64,000 nucleotides of DNA. Origin: Eledone cirrhosa. Its lineage: Eukaryota. The position numbers and the translations under genes were made by a program. Every line of letters starts with the position of its first letter. Position 1 is the first letter of the stretch. The stretch covers positions 434,001 to 498,000 of the forward strand of contig OZ024760.1 of assembly GCA_964016885.1 (NCBI GenBank), given 5' to 3'. The notes under the pieces are model-generated. The model did not search any database, was not told where the DNA came from, and saw only the letters and a program-made list of their open reading frames with translations. Below, piece after piece: positions 39,460 through 52,294 of this stretch.

Positions 39460-40261
39460 GTGAGCTTTTTTTTACAAAATGAAAAATAACCGAGGTGTCC
39501 TACACGAGTGAAAGTATAAAGAAAAAGAGATGAAATCGAAAATGCAACTGGAGACTTATTTAAAAAAAAAATATATATATTTATTTGGTTCCTTTACCGG
39601 TTTCGCAGTTCTTCTGCTTTTCAAAAGGTGAGTTGAGATGGAGGGTCTGTGGTTTTTCTCACATCTGGTTGGTCTCTGAATGTTACTTGTTTTTTATGGA
39701 AAAAGTGGCTCGAAATGCCAGGTTTTTCGAGAAGTAATTTGATTGGTTTGTCAATAATTATAATAAATTTCGCGCCAGTTCGCGTTACAATAGTTCTTCA
39801 AATAAGAGGGGGGGGGGGGTTGTCACAGGTTGTTTTTTATATATGAGTGTTTGAATTTCTTTTTACTTGAAAAAAGGAGGCTCACGAAGGCTTTTATTGG
39901 TTGGTTTTTTTAAGTAAAAAGAAATTCAAACACTCATATATGAAAAAACAACCTGTGACAACCCCCCCCCCTCTCTTATTTGAAGAACTATTGTAACGCG
40001 AACTGGCGCGAAATTTATTATAATTATTGACAAACCAATCAAATTACTTCTCGAAAAACCTGGCATTTCGAGCCCCACTTTTTCCATATAAAACAAGTAA
40101 CATTCAGAGACCAACCAGATGTGAGAAAAACCACAGACCCTCCATCTCAACTCACCTTTTGAAAAGCAGAAGAACTGCGAAACCGGTAAAGGAACAAAAT
40201 AAATATATATATTTAAAAAAAAAATAAGACTCCAGTTGCATTTTCGATTTCATCTCTTTTT

Positions 40262-40266
<5 letters not shown>
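39452..40266. mobile_element. Family J head-to-head inversion with promoter-like motifs
   Basis: ~39515-39870 is the reverse complement of ~39910-40266; contains TTTCGCGCC, CCAAT and TATAAAA; similar to the PLE 3' flank at 57400-57640. Confidence 0.8.
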
Positions 40267-40298
<32 letters not shown>

Positions 40299-40497
40299 TA
40301 TGTACACGCACATACATATATGTATACAGACGTACAGTAGTATGTATATATATATACATACATGCACACATATATATGTACGTATGGATTCACCGAACAT
40401 TTATCATAATGCTCGGTGTGTTTGTAAACAAACATCCCGTATTAAGCCGTAGTGTCCAGCAACCATCGTTGCTAGTTTGTTCAACACTGACAAAGGA

Positions 40498-40540
40498 ACG
40501 CTGGACTAGTTTCAAGCTTATTAGCTATCGTCAGCAACGT
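40498..40540 (-). ncRNA. Type I hammerhead, family I (GUC triplet variant)
   Basis: Same motif with ACTAGT-C^CAGCG. A fourth, 5'-truncated copy is at 40918-40948. Confidence 0.85.
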
Positions 40541-41425
40541 ATACCTTCCTGCCAGATTGTTGAACGTATATACTTACCTTATGCATATTAACGGCTGAGT
40601 AGCCCAATTTGCATCTCGAGTGGGTTAATCGGCCGGGTTCACCGAAAACGATAAACGGAAAAAATGAAACGAAATTTCATTTCCCACTCTTAGTACGGCT
40701 GTTACTTAAATATAAGTATGTACACGTACATACATATATGTATACAGACGTACAGTAGTATGTATATATATATACATACATGCACACATATATATATGTA
40801 CGTATGGATTCACCAAACATTTATCATAATGCTCGATGTGTTTGTAAACAAACCTCCCGTATTAAGCCGTAGTGTCCAGCAACCATCGTTGCTAGTTTGT
40901 TCAACACTGACAAAGGAACGCTGTACTAGTTTCAAGCTTATTAGCTATGTATACATATATGTATGTACGTGTAGATACTTATATTTAAGTAACAGCCGTA
41001 CTAAGAGTGGGAAATGAAATTTCGTTTCATGTTTTCCGTTTATATATATATATATATATATATATTTCGTTTCTGAATTTGTTTAGCAAGATTCTTTATC
41101 TGAAATCGTGTGTTGAAACCGATATTGTTATACTTTGGGAGGGTCATGTTGCCAATAAGAAACACACGCGCCAGTTGCTTTCACTTCAATTTATTATATA
41201 TTTATAAATTTACAAATTCATAAATTTATAAATTTCTGGTTGGTTGGTTGGTTCCACAACCAGGTAGTTGTTTATATATAGTCATAGTCCTTTCGTCACA
41301 CACTCTGTGACCTCTTCAGAAATTTATAAATTTATGAATTTGTAAATTTATAAATATATAATAAATTGAAGTGAAAGCAACTGGTGCGTGTGTTTCTTAT
41401 TGGCAACATGACCCTCCCAAAGTAT

Positions 41426-41482
<57 letters not shown>

Positions 41483-41592
41483 AAAAGAGTCAGGATCCCG
41501 ACGGCTGAGATCCGGCCGTTTTGACAGCTAGATCCGAACTAACCCACCAGTTTTAGAACCGGAGTTCAGTCGTCGGGGTCGTGACTCTTTTC

Positions 41593-41629
<37 letters not shown>

Positions 41630-41780
41630 ATACTTTGGGAGGGTCATGTTGCCAATAAGAAACACACGCACCAGTTGCTTTCACTTCAATTTAATTTATT
41701 ATATATTTATAAATTTACAAATTTATAAATTTCTGGTTGGTTGGTTGGTTCCACAACCAGATAGTTGTTTATATATATAT

Positions 41781-41825
41781 AGTCATAGTTCTTTCGTCAC
41801 ACACTCTGTGACCTCTTCAGTGACT
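41781..41825 (-). ncRNA. Type I hammerhead, family G (inverted arm)
   Basis: Reverse complement of 41955-41999. Confidence 0.82.
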
Positions 41826-41954
41826 GGGAATTTCTTTCTTCGTTTCTGTGCCTTTCCTTTCTTCTATCCTACGCCATTTTGTTTGTGTGTCACACAAACA
41901 AAATGGCGTAGGATAGAAGAAAGGAAAGGCACAGAAACGAAGAAAGAAATTCCC

Positions 41955-41999
41955 AGTCACTGAAGAGGTCACAGAGTGTGTGACGAAAGAACTATGACT
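41955..41999 (+). ncRNA. Type I hammerhead, family G
   Basis: AGTCA-CTGAAGA-G-GTCAC..GTGAC-GAA-AGAACT-A^TGACT. Confidence 0.83.
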
Positions 42000-42196
42000 A
42001 TATATATATAAACAACTATCTGGTTGTGGAACCAACCAACCAACCAGAAATTTATAAATTTGTAAATTTATAAATATATAATAAATTAAATTGAAGTGAA
42101 AGCAACTGGTGCGTGTGTTTCTTATTGGCAACATGACCCTCCCAAAGTATAACAATATCGGTTTCAACACACGATTTCAGATAAAGAATCTTGCTA

Positions 42197-42246
<50 letters not shown>

Positions 42247-42318
42247 TGTTTATATATTATTTATTTATTTATTTATTTATTTATCTATTTATTTATTTAT
42301 AAAACTGTTTATATATTG

Positions 42319-42384
42319 TATTTTATCTGACGAAGGCATGCCATATTTTTAATATGGTATCCCTGAAATATGTATAATGAAATA
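42319..42384 (+). ncRNA. Type I hammerhead, family E (diverged stem II)
   Basis: TATTTTAT-CTGACGA-AGG.ATGCCATA..TATGGTAT.CCT-GAA-ATATGTAT-A^ATGAAATA. Confidence 0.82.
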
Positions 42385-42424
42385 AATATGGTTTTATAAA
42401 TATAGTTTCCATTTGTTTAATATC

Positions 42425-42522
<98 letters not shown>

Positions 42523-42608
42523 TAATAAGAGGAATTCCAACTTTGTCTGATTTACTCGTTTTATTTACAATCCTTTAAAATATATATAATGGTATTATAA
42601 TGAAATAG

Positions 42609-42749
<141 letters not shown>

Positions 42750-42845
42750 AGTCTGAATGAGAGAGAAAATGATTTACTCTATATTTTGTACCGTCTAATG
42801 TCTCTCTCTTTCTCACATTCAAACACAAACACATGAGTTTGTGTT

Positions 42846-42887
<42 letters not shown>

Positions 42888-43419
42888 GTGTGTGTGAACG
42901 TTAGGTTGTGATTAAAATGTCCGCCGTATGCTCACCAGATGGAATCTATAAATTCATTATGTTTTGACAGTTTACAATGATAGTTAACCACGTAACGATG
43001 CTAGAGGAAGGGAGTCGGCGGTGGCGTAGTGTTGGTGGTATGGGTATGGGGGTAAATGTATCACAGAGGGGGCAGACAAGGGCCCTGGGACTCTGAATAG
43101 TTTAACAGAATGGCGTGAGGGGAAGAAGCCGACAGGGACCCTCAGGGTTGGGGATGGGGCAATCGTGTCAAATATTTAGCTGTTTTTCTGTGTGCTGTTT
43201 CATTAATGGCTGTCGATTCTGGCTTAAAGTTTTTGTTAGTCTCTCTCTTGGTTTGACTTTTGGTCTTCACTATAAGTCGTTGCTATGTTTGTTGTTGTTA
43301 TTGCTGTTTTTGTTGTTGTTGTTGGTGGTGGTGTTGGTGGTGTTGTTGGTGTTGTTGCTTTTGTTGTCGTTGTCGTGGCGATGCTGTTGTGGTTTTTTTT
43401 CTCTCGTTGTGTTGTTGCT

Positions 43420-43850
43420 ATCGTTGTTGTTGTTGCTGCTGTTGGGTTTCGTGGTGGTGGTGGTGGTGGCGTTGTTGTTGCTGTTGGTGTTGTTGTTGCT
43501 GCTGTTGTGTTTCGTGGTGGTGGTGGTGGCGTTGTTGTTGATGTTGATGTTGTTGTTGCTGCTGTTGGGTTTCGTGGTGGTGGTGGTGGTGGCGTTGTTG
43601 TTGCTGTTGATGTTGTTGTTGCTGCTGTTGGGTTTCGTGGTGGTGGTGGTAGCGTTGTTGTTGCTGTTGATGTTGTTGTTGCTGTTGGGTTTCGTGGTGG
43701 TGGTGGTGGTGGCGTTGTTGTTGCTGTTGTTGTTGTTGTTGCTGCTGTTGGGTTTCGTGGTGGTGGTGGTGGTGGCGTTGTTGTTGCTGTTGTGGTTGTT
43801 GTTGCTGCTGTTGGGTTTCGTGGTGGTGGTGGTGGTGGTGGCGTTGTTGA
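43420..43850. repeat. ~60-bp tandem repeat built from GTT/GGT triplets
   Basis: About seven copies of GCTGCTGTTGGGTTTCGTGGTGGTGGTGGTGGCGTTGTTGTT... Confidence 0.9.
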
Positions 43851-44329
43851 TGCGCTGTTGTTATAGCTGTTGTTGTTGCTGTTGTTGTTGCTTGTGGTCG
43901 TTGTCACCGTGATCGTCGTGATGATGATAATGATGATGATGGTGAATATAATGAGGTCGACTATGATGATGACGACGTTGATGATGATGGTGGTGGTGAT
44001 GGTGGGGGTGTAGATGATGATGGGGTTGATGATGTTGACGAAGTTTATAATGATGAATATAATGATGTCGACTTTGATGACGATGGTGGTGGTGGTGGTG
44101 GTGGTGGCGATAATGATGACGATGATGATAACGATGACAATGATGAATTTAAGGACGTCGACTATGATGATGATGATGATGATGATGAAGAGAAGGAGGA
44201 ACTTTTATTGTCATTGTTGATTTATGGTTGATGATGTTGTTGAACTTTGCTAATGTCTGATGTGTTGTTTGATTTTGTTTTTTGCCGTCTTTTTATTATT
44301 TTCGTTTCATCTATTTGCTCTTACTCAGC

Positions 44330-44682
44330 AATAATAATAACCGTTTCTACTTTTGACACAAGACCAGCAATTATACCAGTGTATTACTGGTACTTTATTT
44401 TATCGACTCCGTAAAGATGAAAGGCAAAGCTTAACCTCGATAAATAAATGATGAATATAACTGTTTCTACTTGTTGCACAAAGCCAGCAATTACCTCAGT
44501 GAATTACTGGTGCTTTATTTTATCGACCCCGTAAGGATGAAAGAGCAAAGTTAACCTCAGCGGGATTTAAACTCAGAGCGTAAAGGGCCATAACTCTATG
44601 GTGTCTGACGCTCTACCGATACTGAGCGTCAGACACCATGCTTTGCAGCAATAAAAACAGTTTCTGATTTAGACACAAGGCC
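44330..44682 (-). mobile_element. Cluster of Nin-domain SINE copies and fragments
   Basis: Two Nin cores plus a partial tail. Confidence 0.82.
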
Positions 44683-44781
44683 GACTCTTTTCAACGTATA
44701 TAGCTGTCGAAACGGCCGGAGCTCAGCCGTCGGGGTCCTGACTATTTCCCTATATATATCGTTGCAGCCATCATGTATATA

Positions 44782-44888
<107 letters not shown>

Positions 44889-45105
44889 TGCAACTCGATT
44901 TCTAGTAATACCATCGCTTGATACATCGCATGACCACCATGGACGTGGTTTTGTGGTCTTGCTAGGGACTTGCCTATATCCAGCCACATAAAAAATGTCA
45001 CATATCAAGCGATGCCTGTGCTTGAAACATTTTTAAGTGAGGAAAGGCTTTGGACGGGGCCAATCCCACTCTCTGAATATCGAATGCATTTACTCATTAG
45101 ATGTA

Positions 45106-45591
45106 CAGGGTGGTCCAAAAGTCTTGTCGCCCCTACCAAAAAATAATGAAAAACAGTTTATGTTCCCATCGCAGTGTCGTCCTCTTCGGAGGAGCCGGTT
45201 TGTCGAATCTTACAGTGAAGTCATGTCGCACATCCTCCATGCTCTTACCAGAATGCACACGATCATGTGTCCATACACTTGCAAGCCGCCTCACTTCCAA
45301 ACTGTAGGAGCCCTGAAATAGAAAATTATATTATTATTATATATTATAATTAATGATATTATATATTATATTATTAAAACAAAAAATAATTGTTTCTACT
45401 TTTGGCACAAGGCCAGCAATTATTTCAGTGTATTACTGGTACTTTATTTTATCGACTCCGTAAGGATGAAAGGCAAAGTTAACCACGGCGGGATTTGAAC
45501 TCAGACCATAAAGGACCGTAACTCTTTGCTGCAAAGCATGGCGTCGGACTCTCTGCAGATACTGGGGTGACAAGACTTTCTGACCACCCTG
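45106..45591 (-). mobile_element. Internally deleted Tc1/mariner element with a nested SINE
   Basis: TIRs CAGGGTGGTC..AAAGTCTTGTC.CCC flanked by TA. Minus strand ~45152-45312 encodes YSLEVRRLASVWTHDR..KSMEDVRHDFTVRFDKPAPPKRTTLRWEHKLF (transposase N-terminal HTH-like). SINE at 45385-45565. Confidence 0.85.
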
Positions 45592-45919
45592 TAGAACTGG
45601 TGTATATCGTTGGATGCAAACGAAGTCGCAGGTTTTATACCAGAGTGACCTTTTAGGGAGATGTCTTAATAAAGACTAGGAATCTCTCGCTCCATAAAAA
45701 AACATTTTTTTTTATTGGATTTGACTTTCCTGAGTTTCTCCGTTGAATCTCCTGAGTTCCCCCGCCCTTTGACGGGTCTTGTTTTTCATTCCCACGAGAT
45801 GTCCAAAATCACCCTCCTCACCAAGCAAACTTGATGGGGTTGTCGCTTTAGTTGCTGATGACCCGACAATGCACAGGATGTACTGGGTTACATGTTTCCA
45901 GTAGCGCTGAAGAGTGGCC

Positions 45920-46007
<88 letters not shown>

Positions 46008-46310
46008 GTATATATCTATATAGTGTGTGTGTCAGTATATATATATATATATATGTATGTATATGTATATATCTATATAGTGTGTGTCAGTATTTATGTA
46101 TGTATATATATATACACACATATATTATCACTGGATAGATAATATATACATACATAGAATGACACACACACACACACACAATTACATATATACACGCGAA
46201 TATACATACATAAGCAGGTCGGGCTGTTTGTTTGTTTATTGGACCATGACAAAAGAAAATGGGTGTGTAGAGGTGGTGGTGGTGATGAGATGAGAGAAGG
46301 AGGGGTATGG

Positions 46311-46353
<43 letters not shown>

Positions 46354-46432
46354 GAGTATATATATACATATATATATATGTGTATATGTATATATACACA
46401 TATATATGTGTATATGTATATATACATATATA

Positions 46433-46472
<40 letters not shown>

Positions 46473-46939
46473 TGTACGAGTATATATATACATATATATA
46501 TGTGTATATGTATATATACATATATATCTATATATATATACACATGTATATATATATATATATAGATATATATGTATATATGTATATATATATATATGTA
46601 TATATATGTATGTATATATATATATGTATATATATATATGTATATATATATGTATATATATATGTATTCATACATGTCGATTTTAACATCTGACGTCGTG
46701 ATGGGCGAGGATGGATCGATTGGACACAGAGTTAGTTGTTTACTCAAGCATTTTACTTATTTATTTATTCTCCATTTAACTAACCTACCTGTATATATCG
46801 TCATACCACCACCCTGTCATACCTGTAATTCGATACGGTCATTGTTGTTGTTGTTGTTGTTGTCAATGGAAACAGCTTTTTCAGGATGAAGGGTTGGGGG
46901 TGGTTGAAGGTGGCTGAAAAGGTGGTTGGTGGGCTGGTG

Positions 46940-48200
46940 GTGTGGTGTGGTATGGTGTGGTGTGGTGTGGTGTGGTATGGTGTGGTGTGGTAGGAGAGTT
47001 GTTGGTGTGGAGGCTGGTTTGTGGTGTTGAGGCGGGGTTGTGACGTGGAGGTGTGTTTGTGGGGGTCGGGTTTGTGGTGTGGTTTCGGGTTTGTGGTGTG
47101 GAGGCAGGTTTAGTGTTCTGCAGGAGGGTTTGTGGTGCGGAGGAGTATTGGTGGTGTGGGGGAGAGCTTGTAGTGTGGGGGGGGTTGTGGCGTGGAGGTG
47201 TGTTTTTGGTGTGGAGGAGAGTTTGTGGCGTGGGGGAGGGTTGTGACGTGGAGGTGAGTTTGTGGAGGCGGGTTTGTGGTGTGGAGGCAGGTTTAGTGTT
47301 CTGGAGGAGGGTTTGTGGTGTAGAGGAGGATTGGTGGTGTGGGGGAGAGCTTGTAGTCTGGGGGAGGGTTTGTGGCGTGGAGGTGTGTTTTTGGTGTGGG
47401 GGAGAGCTTGTAGTGTGGGGGAGGGTTTGTGGCGTGGAGGTGTGTTTTTGGTGTGGGGGAGAGTTTGTGGTGTGGGGGAGGGTTTGTGGCCTGGCGGTGT
47501 TTTTTTTGGTGTGGGGGAGAGTTTATGGTGTGTGGGAGGGTTTGTGGCGTAGAGGAGTGTTGGTGGTGTGGGGGAGGGTTTGTGGCGTGGAGGCAGGTTT
47601 AGTGTTCTGGAGGAGGGTTTGTGGTGTGGAGGAGGATTTGTGGTGTGGGGGAGAGCTTGTAGTGTGGGGGAGGGTTTGTGGCGTGGAGGTGTGATTTTGG
47701 TGTGGGGGAGAGTTTGTGGCGTGGGGGAGGGTTTGTGGCGTGGCGGTGTTTTCTTTGGTGTGGGGGAGAGTTTGTGGTGTGGGGGAGGGTTTGTTGCGTG
47801 GAGGAGTGTTGGTGGTGTGGGGGAGTGTTTGTGGCGTGGAGGAGTGTTTGTGGTGTGGGGGAGTGTTTGTGGTGTGGGGGAGTGTTGGTGGTGTGGAAGA
47901 GAGTTGGTACCGTGGTTGGAGGGTTGAAGGATGCCTTGGAAAGTTGGAGGTATGGAGGGTTCGTGGTGTGGAGGAAGTTTAGTGTTCTGGAGGAAGGTTT
48001 GGGCTGTGGGGGAGGGTTGGTGGTGTGCTTGGAGGGTTCAGAGGTACTTGGAGGTTTGAGGGGCGCTTGGAAAGTTGGAGGTGTGGAGAAGGGTTTATGT
48101 TGTGGAGGAAGTTTTGGTGGTGTGCAGGAGGGTTTGTGGTGGGGAGGAAAGTTGGAGGTGTGGTGAAGGGTTGGTGTTGTGGTTGGAAGATGGAGGGCTG
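46940..48200. repeat. G/T-rich degenerate minisatellite
   Basis: Recurrent TTTGTGG(C/T)GTGGGGGAG(A/G)G units of ~18-20 bp. Confidence 0.9.
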
Positions 48201-48831
48201 GAGGAGGACTGGAAGAAAGATGGGGGGGGGGGGGTCAGATGAGATATTTATGTGATTTTTGTGAATTTTCTATATTTGTTATTTTTCTATCTTATAATTG
48301 TTCGTAGTTGTTGATGTTGTTGATGTTGATGGTGGTGGTGGTGGTGGTGATGGTGGTGGTGGTGGTGATGCTATTATTGATGTGGTGGTGGTGGTGATGA
48401 TGCTATTGTTGTTGTTGGTGGTGGTATTATTGTTGTTAGTGTTGTTTGTGGTGTCGTTGTTTTTATTGTTGCTTTCGTTGTTGTTGTTGTTGGCGGTGGT
48501 GGCATTGTTCTTCTTGTTAGTGGTGTTGTTGGCAGTGGAGGTGGCCTTGGTATTAGTGGTGATGATGGTGGTGGTGACGGTGTTTGTTGTTGTCGTTATT
48601 GATGTTATAACCTCTCTAGTAAGCTAAGCTCTGATCAAAAGGTGTTGCTACATTGTGTGTCTTGCCGTTTTATTTCCACACAATGAGTCACTTTGTCACC
48701 GTATCATTTCTCTTTTTACGACATTAACTCCTTTCATACCAAACCACGCCTGTTTATAAGATTTATTTGGAAATATTAGGCATAGTCTTTTATTAAAACT
48801 ATAGTAACGAAAGAGTAATGGGTATTATTTG

Positions 48832-48992
48832 AAGGCGGCGAATTGTCAAAGTTGTTAGAACGTCGGATAGAATGTTTTATGGTATTTGTTCCGGCTTTCT
48901 GCTTTCTGATTTCACACCCCACCGAGGTCAGCTTTGCCTTTCATCCTTTCGAGGTCAATAAAAAAAGTACCAGTCTAGTACTGGAGTCGATT
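48832..48992 (+). mobile_element. Old Nin-domain SINE
   Basis: GGCGGCGAATTGTCA..CTTTGCCTTTCATCCTTTCGAGGTC..AAGTACCAG. Confidence 0.78.
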
Positions 48993-50280
48993 CTTCCTCT
49001 CTCTGGAAGAAATCTGCTGTACTCAGGCCTGGAGGGGGATGGGATCCGCCAGGCTTAAAATGCCCGAGAAGCACCGTATGTCAATACGGCACCCCTACAA
49101 CTCTATCAGGAATTACGGAACCTAGAAAAGAAGAAGATAGTAACGAAAGAGCTAAGGGTATTATTTGAAGGAGAGTCGAGTAAATTCATGTAGAATTCAG
49201 TGCCTGCTTATAAAAAGGGGCCCCGAAAGATTCAGTGAAGGGGATCGATGAGGGCGTCTAAGATTCCATGAGCGGAATCGATAATCTAAAATGTGTGGGA
49301 ATCGTTGGCCCAGAAGCTAAAGAAATAAGTGTATAGACTAATACGTATTTTATCAATGCCTTGTCAGTTACTTAGTGACTTAAAATATTATTCGTTTTTT
49401 CCTCTCCCGCGAGAAACCATGTATAGTCTTGAAGGAAGCTGACGATTCATATGACGCCAAAGTTCTTTTTCTTGTTAGTTTACTCTTTTCATCTTTCTAT
49501 CCCTTTCTGCGTTTTTCTCCATAAGTCCTGCTCCATCGTTTTCGTGGTCACTTTTCTCCTCTCCTCCTTTTCCCTTCTCTCTCTCTCTACAATCCTCTCA
49601 TTTCTCATCTCTTTCTTCCTCTCTCTCCCACTCTCCATTCGATTCGAGGTTATATCTTAAACCGAACATTTTTACTATACATATAGTATCCATCTATTTA
49701 CGGCGGTTTAAGGCTACCCTTCGCGCTGAGAATACTTCAATTTTACGAATACTTTCGTTTAATTAATCTAACTATTAATTATTCTATTTAAATGAAATAC
49801 TACACTTCCTTTCTCAACACGTTTGTTATTTTTGAATTTTTATTTTTTCATTTTCCTAATCAAAATGGCAGCTTTATTTCTCTAATTCTCGTTTTTTCTC
49901 TGCGACTTTATTTCCGTTAAAGATTGTTTGAGTCGCGAGGCGTGGTGGCGGCTCTACGGTGTACATCCTGGTGTCCAATTTTATCATTATTACAATTGTT
50001 ATTTTTAATTTAAGTTTAGTTATATCACTAGCTGTGAGGATCAGTGTGTTGTTGCTTTGTTGTTGTTGTAATGATGGTGAATACGATGGTGGTGTTGATA
50101 ATGGTGTTGTTGTTGTGGTGGTGGTATGTTGTTGTTGTTGTTGTTGTTGTGGTGGTGGTGAGTGGCTTCTCTATCTATCCTCGTTATAACATTTTCCAGA
50201 TGCTTCGACTTGAGAAAGAAAAAGTGCATTTAAGGAAAAAAAGGTGCAACACATATGCATGTACATATATGTTTGTATAC

Positions 50281-50324
<44 letters not shown>

Positions 50325-51098
50325 CATATGTCTCTCTCTCTGTATATATATATATACACACACATATATATATGTGTGAGTATATGTGTGTATATACTTA
50401 CATATATAAATATATATACTTACATACCACGCACACATATATATATATACTTACATACATACACACACATATACATACATACACACACACACATACACAC
50501 ACACACACACACATATACATACATACATACATATATACATACATACATGTGTGTGTGTGTGTTGGTTGCTACAGATGATAGAAGATTTAAAATGGAGGTG
50601 TGTGATCTGTTTGATCTTCAGTTAATGCTCGGCCAAATCATTAAACGGGCGCTTGAAATATGACCTTCCCTGTCTAGAAACAGAGTAGGTAGCAACATCT
50701 GGTGGTGGTGGTGTGGGTGGTGGTGTGGTGGTGTGGGTGGTGGTGTGGTGGTGTGGGTGGTGGTGGTGGTGTGGGTGGTGGTGGTGGTGGTGGTGTGGGT
50801 GATAATGGTGGTGGTGGTTGGTAGTGGTTGTGTTAGCAGTGGTGGTGATGTTAATAGTGGTGGTGGTTGTGGTGGTGTGGGGGATAGCGGTGGTAGTTGT
50901 GCTGGTGTTGGGGTTGTTCTAGTGGTGGTTGTGGCGGTGATGATGGTTGTATTGGTGGTGGTGGTAGTGATGGTGTGGTGGTAATGGTGGTGGTGGTGGT
51001 GGTGGAGATAGTGGTGGTGTAGAGGTGAAGGTGGTTATTGTGGTGATGGTGGCAATAGTAGTAATTGTTGTTATAGGGATAGCATAGTAGTCGTTATT

Positions 51099-51142
<44 letters not shown>

Positions 51143-51667
51143 TGTTGTTGTTGTTGTTGTTGTGTTTGTGACAGTAGGTGTTGTTGTAGAACCTCCACTT
51201 TCACCTCTATCACCGGTACGACCACCATCACCACATAACCACTACGACCACCCTCACCCTACCCCCATCACACCACCATCAATGACCCCCATCACCATCA
51301 ACCACCCCCATCACCACCAACCACTCCCATCATCGTCACCATCACTACTTTAGCCGGTGCCTTAGAGTTACAGAGTTCGATTCTTTGTAGCTGCCTCTGC
51401 CAACATTTTTCCGACTCTAAGGGTCTTACTTTGAATTTTTATAAGCTATTTTATAGCAACTGACTGTAGTTATTTTATACGTCTTCATATAAATTTACAT
51501 GTTTTATTTTTATATAAATGTATTCTCTCCCTAAGGCAATATTTGTTTTAATGTTAGAATTAGGGTGGAGAAGATTGTCCCTAAAAATAGATATGGGTTC
51601 CACGATTTTTTTTCATTTTTTTTTCTTTTTAAATCGTATTAATATTCTGAAACAATGTCTTTACACA

Positions 51668-51795
51668 TTCGGATAGAATGCTTTGCGGTATTCGTTTCGT
51701 CTCTCTGTGTTCTGAGTTCAAATCCTACCGAAGTCAACTTTGCTTATACCCCTTTCGAGGTTGATAAAATAAGCACCAGTTCAGTACTAGGGTTT
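51668..51795 (+). mobile_element. Nin-domain SINE fragment
   Basis: GAGTTCAAATCC B box and Nin-like core. Confidence 0.75.
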
Positions 51796-52029
51796 CCTTC
51801 CTTCTCTCTCTAGGCATCCCACTCTTTCTCTCGGTTGTCGGGAAAAACCCCTGAACACACCCGCGTAACTAAAAGTGGACTAGGCGAAAAGCCTATAAAT
51901 AAGAACTGAAGTGAATTGTCAGGGAGACTTTGTGTACGGAGTCTCGTAGTTTCTCGTCGGTAGTTCGGATGTTACCATCGTTTCGTACAGATATACAAAC
52001 AAGTGTGTCACACCATTATAATGCTCCAT

Positions 52030-52222
52030 AAGGTGGTGGATGGGCAGTATCGGTAGAGCGTCAGACACTATGCTTTGCAGCATAGAGTTATGGCCCTATA
52101 TATTCTGAGTTCAAATCCCGCCGAGGTTGACTTTGCCTTTCATCTTTACGGAGGTCGATAAAATAAAGTACCAGTAATACACTAGGGTAATTGCTGGTCT
52201 TGTGCCAAAAGTAGAAACAATT

Positions 52223-52224
<2 letters not shown>
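52030..52224 (+). mobile_element. Full-length Nin-domain tRNA-SINE
   Basis: Head with A/B boxes, Nin core and TAGAAACAATTAT tail. Confidence 0.88.

Positions 52225-52294
<70 letters not shown>

Larger units (their letters stand above)
41625..42200. mobile_element. Family G element forming a ~530-bp essentially perfect palindrome
   Basis: Arms mirror around ~41890. Related fragments at 37478-37633, 41065-41430 and 54303-54650. Confidence 0.9.

Noticed and set aside
43115-43912. Mucin- or extensin-like ORFs
   Set aside because: Triplet-based tandem repeat open in several frames on both strands, with no other coding evidence.
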